This document shows, in pieces, positions 50,671 through 61,294 of a stretch of DNA of 64,000 nucleotides. Numbering within the stretch: the first letter of the stretch is position 1; each line of letters begins with the position of its first letter. Source of the DNA: an uncultured delta proteobacterium (GTDB taxonomy: Bacteria; Desulfobacterota; Desulfobaccia; Desulfobaccales; 0-14-0-80-60-11); assembly GCA_963701845.1 (NCBI GenBank), contig CAVPBF010000004.1:124449-188448 (forward strand). The letters run 5' to 3'. Made by a program: the position numbers and the translations under genes. The notes below the pieces were generated by a model. It ran no database searches and had not been told where the DNA came from. It was given only the letters and a program-made list of their open reading frames with translations.

Positions 50671-51624
50671 ATGCAGATGGATAGGCAAGCAAATAGAATG
50701 ATGATCGGACTTTTCGTGGTCATCTCACTGATCATCCTGGCCGTTAGCGTGGCGGTGTTAGGATCCGGCAAATTATTCAAGAGAACTCAGAAATTTGTTT
50801 TGTACTTCAATGAATCAATCAAGGGACTGGATGTTGGCTCACCCGTTCTGTTCGAGGGCGTTCGAGTCGGATATGTTATAGACATTAATATAGTCGCTGA
50901 CCCTGTTAAAGAACAAACAGAAATTCCGGTTGTCATCAAAGTAGAATTAGATCGCTTCAAGGTTAGAATAGCAGGCCAGTTCGTGGATCCACAAAAAGAT
51001 ATGCCTCGGCTCATCGAAAAAGGCCTTCGAGGCGTGCTATCTATGCAGAGTTTAATTACCGGGAAGTTATTAATCGAAATTGATTTTTATCCCGGTACGC
51101 CGGTTAACCTGAGGGATATCAATAAGCACTATACCGAGGTACCAACCATCCCGTCCACTACCTCAAAGATAGGCCGAGCCCTGGACAAACTGGATCTCGA
51201 AGCGGTGCAAACGAAGTTGGAATCGGCCCTGGACGGTATCGCTAAGCTAACTAACAATCCGGACCTGGCCGCCAGCATCGGGCACCTCAAAGAGACGCTC
51301 CGAGACGCCCGCAAGCTCGTCAACCGGGTGGACCGTCAGGTGGATCCGCTGGCCAAAGACACCAAAAAGACTGTCAATGATATAAGCAAGCTCGCCCGTA
51401 ATCTTGACGGACGGGTAGGAGGGGTGGCAACCAGTTTGGATAAAACCCTATTGTCGGCCAGAGGCGTCATTTCAGAAGACTCACCGTTGGTGGTTGACCT
51501 GCAGAATACCCTAAAGGAGATCTCCGCCATGAGCAGGTCCATTCGGCAGCGGGCCGATTTTCTGGAACAGCATCCCGAGACCTTGATTCGCGGCAAGAAG
51601 AAACCGGGAGGGAAACAGCCATGA
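50671..51624 (+). CDS. MCE-domain protein (MlaD/PqiB-like)
   Basis: N-terminal TM helix, then the MCE core (YFNESIKGLDVGSPVLFEGVRVGYV), followed by a long helical C-terminal region. Confidence 0.75.
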   Translation: MQMDRQANRMMIGLFVVISLIILAVSVAVLGSGKLFKRTQKFVLYFNESIKGLDVGSPVLFEGVRVGYVIDINIVADPVKEQTEIPVVIKVELDRFKVRIAGQFVDPQKDMPRLIEKGLRGVLSMQSLITGKLLIEIDFYPGTPVNLRDINKHYTEVPTIPSTTSKIGRALDKLDLEAVQTKLESALDGIAKLTNNPDLAASIGHLKETLRDARKLVNRVDRQVDPLAKDTKKTVNDISKLARNLDGRVGGVATSLDKTLLSARGVISEDSPLVVDLQNTLKEISAMSRSIRQRADFLEQHPETLIRGKKKPGGKQP

Positions 51625-51929
51625 GGCTCGCTGTTTCTTCGACGGAACGCATTTATCTTTATCCCTGGCGTAAATCCGTGCCTATTGATTACCAGGTTGC
51701 TATAGATGTGATTCGCTGTGATGGCCGGTTGGGAGATGCTGTCTGGCTGGAAAACCGTTGGAGCATCTTCAAGTGGCCAGAAAAAAAGCTGCTCCAAACG
51801 CGGCGGTCGAGTATTACTGAGCCGGTGAGGGGTCCGGATTATAACGATCTTGTGGAAGCCCAAAGCCGCGCCCTTGCCAAGCTCAGCGAAGAGATTGCCG
51901 CCGCCATTAAACAAGCCGAGAAGAATTGA
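51621..51929 (+). CDS. PqiC/DUF330-like protein, C-terminal half only
   Basis: ATGA overlap with the MCE gene. ..YQVAIDVIRCDGRLGDAVWLENRWSIF...GPDYNDLVEAQSRALAKLSEEIAAAI fits the C-terminal half of PqiC-type lipoproteins. No lipobox or N-terminal half. Confidence 0.5.
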   Translation: MRLAVSSTERIYLYPWRKSVPIDYQVAIDVIRCDGRLGDAVWLENRWSIFKWPEKKLLQTRRSSITEPVRGPDYNDLVEAQSRALAKLSEEIAAAIKQAEKN

Positions 51930-52019
51930 ACGCAACCACATCGGGCCGGATGGCTGCATGTTCTTGGCACAATTAGTATGTTATATAATATTTTAAACCT
52001 TCTTAGGAGGAGCCGCGGC

Positions 52020-53359
52020 ATGTGGTTGTTCTTCTGCTGTCTGTGGTTTATCCTGACGACGCCAGTCTGGGCTCAGCCCCAGCCGCCGGCGGCCAGAAAT
52101 CTCCTCACCCTTGAGGAGTCGGTCAATGCTGCCCTCCAAGATAACCGGCAGGTGAAGAACACCGGCCTGGAGGTTTCAAAATCGGAGCATATGCTGGCCG
52201 CGGTGCGCACTCGCCGTTGGCCGAATTTCGAAGTAATTGTGGGAGAGAACTGGCTCCTGACCCCCCAGCCGAATTTCAATGCCCTGGGCGGTCTTCCGGG
52301 CGTGCTGCCGATTCCGATTCCGATTCCCAGCGCATCGAATCTTGTCTCAAACCGGCAGCCTACTGCCTTAATGACGGGTTTAATGGCCCAGCCTTTGAGC
52401 CAGCAATACCGTATTGGCCTTAATATCTCGATGCACGACGTGATGCGGGATATTGCCCGGGAGCAACTGCGGGCCAAGCGGCAGGCGGTCGTGGACGACG
52501 TTAAGCGGCTCTATTATCGGGATTCTCCAGACCCAGAGTTCGCTGGAGAGTGTGGAGGAATCCATCCGATTTTTACGGGAAATGGAGCGTTTGCGCGGCC
52601 GGTATCTCAAAGAACAGGTGGTCCTGAAGTCCGAAAGCCTGGAGGTCAAGGCCAAGCTGGCTCAGGAGGAGCAGCACCAGATAGTGCTGCGTAACCAGCT
52701 GGCGACGCAAAAAGAGCAGCTGAACAACCTGATGGGCCGCAATATCCTGACGGAGTTTCGGGTCAACCCGATGCCCGAAGCCACCGCCCTGGAAAACGAC
52801 CTGGAAGCGGCCCGTACCCGGGCCTTGCAGCAGCGGGCGGAGGTCCGGGAAGCAAGGCTCAAAATCAGGCAGGCGGAGTACGACCGCTGGATTAAGCAGT
52901 CAGAATACATCCCTGATATCAGCTTCATCGCTTCTTATACCCGGACCGTAAATCTGTCGCCGGTGCCGGAAAACCTCGGATTTGCCGGGTTCTTGTTGAC
53001 CTGGGAGCCCTTTGATTGGGGGCGCAAGCGCCGGGAACTGGCGGCCAAGACCGAAACCGTGGCCCAGACGCAAAATACCAGCAGGGAAACCGAATCCAGG
53101 TGCTCATCGACGTGGACAGCAAATTCCGGAACCTCCAGGCCAGCCGGGGGCAGCTGAAGGCGAGCCGGGCAGCCCAGGAAACGGCGCGGGAAAAACTGAA
53201 GGAAACTATGGACGCTTTCAAGAATGGAACCGCCCTGATCAAGGACGTGCTCCAGGCCCAGCCCAGCCTGGCGCAGGCCGGCAGCGAATATCAAAAATCC
53301 CTGTCGGCTTCTGGACAGCCAAGGCCGAATTTGAAAAGTCCACGGGGGAAGAGAAATGA
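52020..53359 (+). pseudogene. TolC-like outer membrane efflux protein, about 3 frame disruptions
   Basis: AGGAGG RBS and signal peptide MWLFFCCLWFILTTPVWAQ. Three ORFs join: ..LTLEESVNAALQDNRQV.. / ..GILQTQSSLESVEESIRFLRE.. / ..IQVLIDVDSKFRNLQASRGQL.. / ..GFWTAKAEFEKSTGEEK. Confidence 0.75.
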
Positions 53360-54518
53360 GCTGCAAACATACATTTCGCAGGAAGAGCCGCGCTGACATG
53401 GTTTGCTTCTGGCCTTTCTTACGATCGGCTGCGGTCAGGCGGAAAAGCATGAACCGCCGCCCATCCCCGTTGGGGTCAGCCCCGCCGAGGCCTACCTGGC
53501 GGAACGGCGAGGTCCGCTATTCCGCCAATATACAACCTTATGCCAGGGTAGAGCTGGCTTTCAAGTCAGGGGGCTATCTCACCCATATCCTCCAGGTCCG
53601 GGGCGTGGACGGCAAGATGCGTAACGTTCAGGAAGGCGATTACGTGAAGCGGGGCGCCGTACTTGGCCCAGGTGCGGCAAACCGACTACGAAGCGAAGCT
53701 GGCGCAGGCCGGCGGGCCAGGATGCCGCGGCCCGGGCGGCGTTGGAGAAGGCCAGACTGGACCTCGAAGCGGGCGCGAAACCTGTATGCCGCCAATAGCC
53801 TGACTAAATCCGATTATGACAAAGCCATGGCCCAGTACGGAGAGGCCTTGGGGAGCGTGGCTCAACCGGGGGGCAGGTCAAAGAGGCCCGGATCGCCCTG
53901 GAGGACACCAAACTCAAGACCCCCACCGCCGCCCTGGTGCTCAAACGCAAGATCGAGGTTGGTGACCTGGTCAATGCCGGCACGGTGGGCTTCACCCTGG
54001 CCAACACCGAAGACGTCAAGGTGGTCTTCGGCATCTCCGACCTGATGCTGAAATATCTGAAATTGGGGGATCAACTGGCCGTGACCACTGAGGCGCTGCG
54101 GGGCAGGGTATTCCGGGGCCTGGTGACCGCCATCTCACCCTCAGCCGACCCCAAGAGCCGGGTATTCGACGTGGAAATCACCATCCCCAACCGCAATCAG
54201 GACTTGAAGGTTGGTATGATTGCCGCGGTGGCCGTGGCCACCGGCCAGGCGCCCACGGCTGTGACTGTGGTGCCGCTGACTGCGGTGGTGCGTTCCAAAA
54301 CCAACCCCCAGGGCTACGCTCTATTCGTGGTCGAGGGACCGCAAGGCCGCCGGATCGCCCGCCTGCGCGACAACATCGAATTGGGTGAGGTTTTCGGGAA
54401 CATGATCACCATTGCCAAAGGGGTCAAAGTCGGCGAACCCGTCATCGTCACCGGCGCCACTCTGGTGGCCGACGGGCAGCGGGTGAGGATTATTCCGCCC
54501 CCGGAGACGCAAATGTAG
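53356..54518 (+). pseudogene. RND efflux periplasmic adaptor (MFP), multiple frame disruptions
   Basis: ATGA overlap with the TolC-like gene. The lipobox LLAFLTIGCGQ is in an alternate frame. ..GEVRYSANIQPYARVELAFKSGGYL.. then ..LKTPTAALVLKRKIEVGDLV..VFDVEITIPN.., intact to 54518. Confidence 0.75.
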
Positions 54519-54578
54519 CAGTGTCTTACGCGCCATATTTGGTGCGGGGGACGCACAAAAAAGAATAGCGAACTTATC

Positions 54579-57500
54579 ATGGCACACAAGACTGACGACG
54601 AACGCATCCAAAAGACCCACAACACGGAGCGGTTCTCTGTAGAACACCCGCATATTACGTGGGTGCTACTGATTGCCACGCTGATCTGGGGGGTGTACGG
54701 GTACATGTCAATGCCGCAGCGCAAGGACCCGGACATCCCGGTCCGCGAGGCCCAGATCATCTGCCCCTGGCCGGGGATGGTCACCGAAAAGGTGGAGCAG
54801 TTAGTCACCCGCACCATCGAACTGAAGGTCGCTGAAAACACGCACATCAAGAAGATCGAGTCCACCAGCAGGGTGGGCCTCTCCGTGATTACGGTAGAAT
54901 TGGACGACAAGGTAGGTGACACCGGCGAAGCAGTTCGATGACATCAAATACCGCCTGGACTCCATCCACAACCTGCCGGAGGGGGCTGGACCCATACTGT
55001 TCTTCAAGGATTACGGGGATACTGCAGCCCTGATGTTGACCGTCGCCAGCCCGAAAGTGAGCGGGGTGGAGAGCGCGCTGCGCGCCCGGGATATTGCGAA
55101 GGCGATTCAGCAGGTGCGGCAACAGGCCCATAATGAACCTGCGGAGCGCCGAGTCACTCTGGTGGTCGGTTTCCCCATCTCCATCATCCCCCGAATAGTC
55201 CATCCGGCCGTTGACCAGTTTGCCGCCTATGTTCAGAAAGCAGGACTGGCCCGGGATGTGCGCCTCATCGAAGGGTCGGGGTTTGTGGGGATCGACTCCG
55301 CCACTACCGCGAGCGACGCGGAAATTATGGCGTGTTTGAACCGGTTCATCCGGGACCGCCTGCGGGCCTCGGAGCTGCACCCTGACGTCTGGGAGCCGGT
55401 GCTTGTTCACGATCCGGCCGAGACCGCCTCTGTCCTGGCTCAGCATCCTGGCGATAAGTACAGCTACCGGGAGATGGACCACTTCACCAAGCTGATCGAG
55501 CGCACCTTTTTGGGCGTGACAGTCTCCCTGGATAAGACTCCAATCGTCACCAAGGTGAGCCGCAGCGGCGTCCTTGACGAGGTGGTCTGGATGGAATACT
55601 CTCAGGAGCGCCTGGCTTCCTACGGCGGCAACGTCACCAAACTGCCGGATATTTTAAAGGCTCGCAACATCGCGGTGCCTGGCGGCGTCGTGGAGGTGGA
55701 AGGCAAGGAAGTGACGGTGCAGCCTTCCGGGGAGTTCAAGAGCGAAAAAGACATCGGCAATGTTATGATGGCTGCCACCGCGAATGGGGTGCCGGTCTAT
55801 CTCCGGGATGTTGCCGAAATATATCGGGGATACGAGAGTCCGCCGAGGTTCCTCAATTTCTTCGATCCTGGCGGGACGCAAAGGGCCAGTGGCAGCGCTC
55901 CCGAGCCATTACCGTGGCGGTGCAGATGCGCGCCGGGGAGAAGATCGGCGTGTTCGGCAAGGCGGTAGACGGGGCGCTCGCCGACTTGAAGAAGATCCTG
56001 CCGGAAGACCTGATCATGTTCCGGACCTCGGACCAGCCCCTGCAGGTCAAGGAAAACATCGACCTGTTTATGAATAGCCTCTATGAGGCCATCGCCCTGG
56101 TGGTCCTCGTCTCCTGGATCGGCTTCTGGAGCTGGCGCTTGGCGTTGCTGATGTCCATTTCCATCCCCCTGACCCTGGGCATGACCTTCGGGATGATGTT
56201 TCTCCTGGGGATCGACCTGCAGCAGGTGTCCATCGCCTCGCTGATCATCGCCCTGGGGCTCCTGGTGGATGTGCCGGTCGTGGCTGGCGACGCCATCAAA
56301 CGGGAACTGGGTGCGGGGCATAAACCGGTCGTGGCGGCCTGGCTGGGACCGACCAAGCTGGCCACCGCCATCGTTTTTGCCACCATTACCAATATCGTGG
56401 CTTATCTGCCTTTTCTCATGGTGGGCGGCGATACCGGGCGCTTCATTTATAGTCTGCCAATCGTCATGGCCTGCTCGCTAATCGCCTCCCGTATCGTGTC
56501 CATGACCTTTATCCCTTTGCTGGGCTATTATCTGCTTCGGCCGCCGAAGACCCTGGAGGCGCCCATCGCCGGAGCGGCGCCAGCATGGGTTCCTGGGGCT
56601 TTATTACAAGTTTGGGCGCCTGATGATCGCGCATCGGTGGCGTTTTATGGCGGCCTCCCTGGTTTTCCTGGCCGTGGGCGCTTTTGCCATGTCGAAGCTG
56701 CATACCGCCTTTTTTCCCAAGGACCTTTCCTATCTCTCCTATGTGGATGTCTGGCTGCCGGAGGACGCGCCGGTAGCAGCCACGGATGCCACAACGCGCC
56801 AGGTCGAAGCCGTCCTGCGAGACGCAGCGGTGGAATACGGGAAAGAGCATCCCGGACCGGACGGTAAACCCCGGAAGGTGCTGGAGTCGCCTTACTTCCT
56901 TTGTGGGCGGCGGCGGTCCCCGTTTCTGGTACTCGTTAGCTCCCGAACCGCGGCAGAACAACTATGCCCAGATCATCATCCAGGTGAAGGACAAACATGA
57001 CACTGGCCACTTGGTAGTCCCACTTGAGTCAGGCCTTGAATCCGCGCCATTCCCGGAGCCCGGTTGGACGTCAAGCAACTGGATACCGGCACGCCCATCA
57101 AATTTCCAGTCTCCATCCGGCTCAGCGGTCAAGACGGCCCTACCCTCAGGCGGCTGGCCGGGGAAATGGAAAAAATCTACCATTCCACACCTTTAGCAGA
57201 GCGTATCCGTAATAATTGGGGTTCGGAAAATATGGTGGCGCGGCTCCAGGTCGACCCGGACCGGGCCAATCTGGCGGGGGTTACCAACATGGATGTGGCC
57301 GCGGCCTCGGCCGTGGGCATGAACGGATACCAGGTCGGGACGTTCCGGGAAGGCGACAAGCAGATTCCCATCAAGGCGCGGCTGGTCATGGGTGAGCGGG
57401 CCCAGCTGGCCGACCTTTCCAACCTCTACGTTTATTCGTCGGAAAATTCCAACAAGGTGCCCCTGGGCCTCGTCTCCAGCCTGGACTACCATATGGAGAC

Positions 57501-58201
57501 GGAAAAGATTCAGCGCCGCCAGCAGTTCCGTACCATCGAGGTCTACTGCTTCCCGGCATCCGGCACCATGGCCTCCGAGGTGCTGAACGCCATCCGGCCC
57601 CAGTTGGCGGAATTTAAAAAGGCACTGCCGCCCGGCTATAAAATGGAGATCGGGGGCGAGCAGGAAGAGCAGGATAAAGGCTTCCACGACCTGACCATCG
57701 TCCTGCTGATTTCCATCATCTGCATCTATCTGGCCCTGGTGATCCAGTTCAGGAACTCCATCAAGCCATTTATCGTTTTTGCCACCATTCCATACGGCAT
57801 GGTGGGCGCCCTGATCGCTCTCCTGCTCGTGGGGCAGCCCTTCGGCTTCATGGCCTTCCTGGGGATCATCAGCCTGGTGGGGGTGATCATCAGCCACGTC
57901 ATCGTGCTCTTCGACTTTATCGAAGAGAGGCACGCCGAAGGCGAGCCCCTGGAGGAGGCATTGCTGGATGCTGGAATTATCCGGCTGCGGCCGGTGATGA
58001 TCACCGTGGGCGCCACTATCTTAGGCCTCATTCCCTCTGGCCGCCCATGGCGGACCCCTCTGGGAGCCATTATGCTTCGCCCAGATCGGCGGGCTGGCCG
58101 TCGCCACCTTTATCACCCTGCTCCTGGTGCCGGTGTTTTACAGCATCTTCGTGATGGATTTGAAGATCGTCACCTGGGAAACGCGAAAACCTACGGAATA
58201 G
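54579..58201 (+). pseudogene. RND efflux permease (AcrB/HAE1-like), at least 5 frame disruptions
   Basis: Five ORFs tile one about 1200-aa RND protein: N-terminus RFSVEHPHITWVLLIATLIWGVYGY; ..SLIIALGLLVDVPVV..; ..GFMAFLGIISLVGVIISHVIVLFDFIEE... The true C-terminus ..IGGLAVATFITLLLVPVFYSIFVMDLKIVTWETRKPTE ends at 58201 in an alternate frame. Confidence 0.85.
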
Positions 58202-58294
58202 GTCATGGTGCGGAAGAGCCAGCCATCGACTGGCAATACAGGCTATAGTTGTTAACTGCTATTGATCAGCACCTCAGGGCAAGCTAAAAGGCAT

Positions 58295-58540
58295 TTCGAT
58301 AGCGAGATCATAGTTGTCTTTCAAACTCGGCCGTCAGATTGGTCGATTCTCATTCTCAGAGTCATCCTGAATTAGACAAAAAGAATGATTATGTCTAATT
58401 TCTCCCCTGAAAAATGCTCTCATCCCTAATTTTTTACTGATTTTTCATCGCCAAATTGTTATAATATTCGACAATTGTTCAAAGTGTCTAGTCCTGGAAC
58501 AGAAGCTGTGCTTCAAAGAAAGTCATACTTCGATAGCGAG
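58295..58540. repeat. 12-bp direct repeat TTCGATAGCGAG (58295-58306 and 58529-58540) bracketing the element's first promoter region
   Basis: Exact 12-mers 234 bp apart. Between them lie an 8-bp inverted repeat (attagaca..tgtctaat) and a promoter-like TGtTATAAT. Confidence 0.6.
58457..58465 (+). promoter_or_regulatory. extended -10 promoter (TGtTATAAT) overlapped by the small dyad AATTGT/ACAATT
   Basis: ttgttataat with TG at 58457-58458 and TATAAT at 58460-58465. The dyad aattgt...acaatt flanks it. About 85 bp upstream of the ORF at 58549. Confidence 0.4.
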
Positions 58541-58548
58541 CCATTCAG

Positions 58549-58812
58549 ATGGAGAGGACCGGTATGGATCTTGAGGCATTGCTGGAGATTCTGGCTTGGA
58601 AATATGGGAATGTAGGCTTTGAACGAGGACGCACCTATTCCATTGAGGTGACCACCGAAGAAGTGATAAAAATCTTGGGGGAAGCGCCTCCTTTGGGAAC
58701 TACGGTTGGCATCAAGGTCAAGCCCATTCAAGATGGCGACGGTCAGCACCTTGCCGTGGTCAGGCGCTTGCAGAGCCTGCCGGGAGGCAAAGATAAAGAC
58801 CATGAAGAATAA
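58549..58812 (+). CDS. hypothetical 87-aa protein, overlapping the start of the short recombinase
   Basis: Non-degenerate ORF with an 11-nt overlap onto the recombinase ATG at 58802, which suggests coupling. No family recognised. Confidence 0.45.
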   Translation: MERTGMDLEALLEILAWKYGNVGFERGRTYSIEVTTEEVIKILGEAPPLGTTVGIKVKPIQDGDGQHLAVVRRLQSLPGGKDKDHEE

Positions 58813-59385
58813 CTCTCTGGTTCCGGCCCTGCTCCCCCGGGCCCTGCAGATCGTGCCCTACCTCACCTCCGCAGAGGTGCAGGCCATGGCCCGGGCCTGC
58901 CGGGGGCGGCACCGGGAAAGAGACGGGCTGCTCATCCACACCCTGTTTCAGACGGGGCTAGGATCTCGGAAGCCTTGAGCCTGACCCCGAGGCGGATCGG
59001 CACCCATTATGGCCACGCAGTGCTCCATATTGTCGGGAAAGGACGGAAGCCCCGGATGGTGGCCTGCCCCGACACCCTGGCCCACCGCCTCAAGAGCCAT
59101 GCCTTTGACCAGAACCTGGGACTCGACGAGCAGATGTTTGGCATCACCCGCAAGCGGGCCTGGCAAATTCTGAAGAAAGCGGCGGAGCAGGCCGGCATCA
59201 CCAAAAAGGTGTATCCGCACCTCCTGCGCCATTCGGATGCCATTGAACGGCTGCGGCAGACCGGCAACCCCAAGGCCCTGCAGATCCACCTGGGCCACGC
59301 CAGCCCCCTGATGACCATGCGGTATTTGAGCACCCTCACCGCCGAAGACGCCCTGCGGATCCAGCAGGCGGTGGAGTTTGAGTAA
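58802..59385 (+). pseudogene. short (about 194-aa) tyrosine recombinase lacking an N-terminal core-binding domain (FimB/FimE-size class); one frame disruption near 58957
   Basis: MKNNSLVP...LFQTGL then (shift) RISEALSLTP (Arg), VGKGRKPR (Lys), HLLRHSDA (H-x-x-R), LGHASPLMTMRYL (His/Tyr). Confidence 0.85.
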
Positions 59386-59459
59386 ATCGAATGTAACGTG
59401 GAAAAGAATAATTAAGCTGGACGCCATTAGCATCAGTCGCAAAACCAGGGATTGAATAA

Positions 59460-60509
59460 ATGGAAGATGAAAGCGAAAATGTAGTGAATAAGAAGCTGAC
59501 GTATGATTATTTACCTTTCAGTGTTTCTTTCTCTGAGTACGATTTGGCTCTGTTCAGCAGCGTTGCCAAATCTCTTGTTCGGATTTGCTGGTTTACGGAT
59601 CGGTCGCTTTGGACACTTGGTATCACCATGCGCAGTAGGACTACTGAGGAAAAAGTTGCGGAGTTGGAGCTAATCGTCTATCAAGAAATATTAAGGCCAT
59701 TGGAAGATAAATTAAGGGCTGAGTATCTCAGGATAAACTTACTTTATGGGAAGAGCAATATAAAGCATACTGGTGTCAGTAGAAAACCTAGGAAAACTAT
59801 GGTGGGACTTCGCCATGTACACGCTCGACGTTTTTTTGATCTTTTGGTAGGTCTTGATAAGATGGCATGTCAGCTTGACGACCTTCGGTCTGTCGGGAAA
59901 ATCCCAGAAATCGAATATAAAAAGACATTATCGAATTCCCGGAATTCTATCAAAAAGGCCGCACTGAGGATTCAAAACCTTGTTGGTGAGTCTATAAAAC
60001 AAGCTGGGATTATACTATCCAGCGGCGTTGCTAAATCGCTTCGTCGGATTTGGTGGATGGGGGATAAATCGTTCTATAATTTGGATGTTGAGTTGCGCAA
60101 AAGGATTACTGAGGAACAAGCTGAGATTCTGGACCGAATTGTCTATGATGAATTTCTTAAACCGTTGGAGGAAAGGTTTCAAGTTGAATATCGCAGGGTT
60201 CAATTACTTTGTGAGCGGTATGGCATAAAGCCCTCCCGTAAAAAATCCGAGAATATCGCCGTTCACGTTCGCCAACCTGACGGCCATCGGTTCTATGATC
60301 TTTTGATCGGTCTTGATAATATGGTTTGTCAGCTTGACGATCTTCGGTTGGCCGGAAAAATATCCGGAAAAGAATATCAAGAGACAGTATCCAATTACCT
60401 GAAAAGTCTCAAAGAGGCCGGGCAGGGCATTCGTAGCCAGGTGAATGCGGCTATAAAACAAAGCTATGAGCTATTAATGAGGTCAATTTTTAATCAGTGC
60501 AAAAAATAG
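59460..60509 (+). CDS. 349-aa protein built from two tandem about 150-aa repeats; unknown family
   Basis: Repeat 1 (from about aa 33) and repeat 2 (from about aa 179) align along their full length, e.g. VAKSLVRICWFTDRS/VAKSLRRIWWMGDKS, IVYQEILRPLEDKLRAEY/IVYDEFLKPLEERFQVEY, RFFDLLVGLDKMACQLDDLRSVGKI/RFYDLLIGLDNMVCQLDDLRLAGKI. Confidence 0.6.
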   Translation: MEDESENVVNKKLTYDYLPFSVSFSEYDLALFSSVAKSLVRICWFTDRSLWTLGITMRSRTTEEKVAELELIVYQEILRPLEDKLRAEYLRINLLYGKSNIKHTGVSRKPRKTMVGLRHVHARRFFDLLVGLDKMACQLDDLRSVGKIPEIEYKKTLSNSRNSIKKAALRIQNLVGESIKQAGIILSSGVAKSLRRIWWMGDKSFYNLDVELRKRITEEQAEILDRIVYDEFLKPLEERFQVEYRRVQLLCERYGIKPSRKKSENIAVHVRQPDGHRFYDLLIGLDNMVCQLDDLRLAGKISGKEYQETVSNYLKSLKEAGQGIRSQVNAAIKQSYELLMRSIFNQCKK

Positions 60510-60528
60510 TTTCTCATTAAATTTTTTC

Positions 60529-60556
60529 TTGACAAATGGAATAGAGTGATTAATAT
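60529..60556 (+). promoter_or_regulatory. near-consensus sigma-70 promoter facing the ORF-free segment
   Basis: TTGACA (60529-60534), a 16-nt spacer, then TAATAT (60551-60556). Confidence 0.55.
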
Positions 60557-60559
60557 CCG

Positions 60560-60583
60560 AAAAAAAGGCGCGGTATTAGCGCC
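60560..60583 (-). terminator. minus-strand intrinsic terminator candidate
   Basis: The minus strand reads GGCGC-taatacc-GCGCC followed by T7 (the plus strand shows A7 at 60560-60566 and then the hairpin). Confidence 0.5.
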
Positions 60584-61263
60584 CGCTAGCCGGCGTTAAG
60601 GCGGGTGACCGGGTAAACCCCTTAGCCGAATAGGCAGCCCAAGATAACCAGACTGCTGACACGGTCCCGATTAGACCGTGTGGCCAGCGACCAAAAGCAA
60701 GCTTTCCAAAGCTATAAAAGGACGCGAGCCGGCGTGATGGCTAGCCATAGGGGTGGAGGCTTCATCCTAAAAAAAGAGCCGCTATAGAACGCTGACCGGC
60801 GTAAGGGGCGACGCCGAGGATTCAGCACGCTCCCGCCGCGGATGAGCGGAATTCCTGAGGGCGAGAGATCGTACTCAGACGTACCAAGCAACCGCAGGTT
60901 GCTCTAAAACAGCCAAAGACCCTATACCGAGAGATGCTATAGTATTGCGGTGAGGTTTTTGCGCGTCTTCGAACCCTCCTCAAAATTTACTTTCGCTGAA
61001 AGTAGGGGCGGGACCAACACTCCTCAGCCGGTCCAAGGCTTCGAAAAATCCTGCAAGATTTATGGTATCACGCGACTAAGGTCGTGCCCTGCCGCGACCT
61101 TCGGTCGGATTTCACATCGCAATTGAATACTTGGGATTCATACTGAGCACGAGTATGGCAGCAGAGGCAGGTGCCGCTGATAGCGGCCGATTCCTATAAG
61201 ATCAGCCATTTTGGGGAGGCTGATCTGGGGTCAGTTATGCTCACGTCGATTGCCTCGAACCGT

Positions 61264-61294
61264 AAAAAATGCGCGTCACCAAAAGCAAGCGCAT
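61264..61294 (-). terminator. minus-strand intrinsic terminator candidate
   Basis: The minus strand reads ATGCGC-ttgcttttggtgac-GCGCAT followed by a T-run (plus-strand A-run at 61264-61269). Confidence 0.45.

Noticed and set aside
52308-52325. (CCGATT)x3 microsatellite
   Set aside because: It lies inside the TolC-like coding sequence and simply encodes PIPIPI. It is not an array or a regulatory repeat.
58295-58540. A fim-like invertible promoter switch controlled by the short recombinase
   Set aside because: The 12-bp repeats flanking the promoter are direct, not inverted, and I found no suitable inverted repeats around either the promoter region or the recombinase gene.
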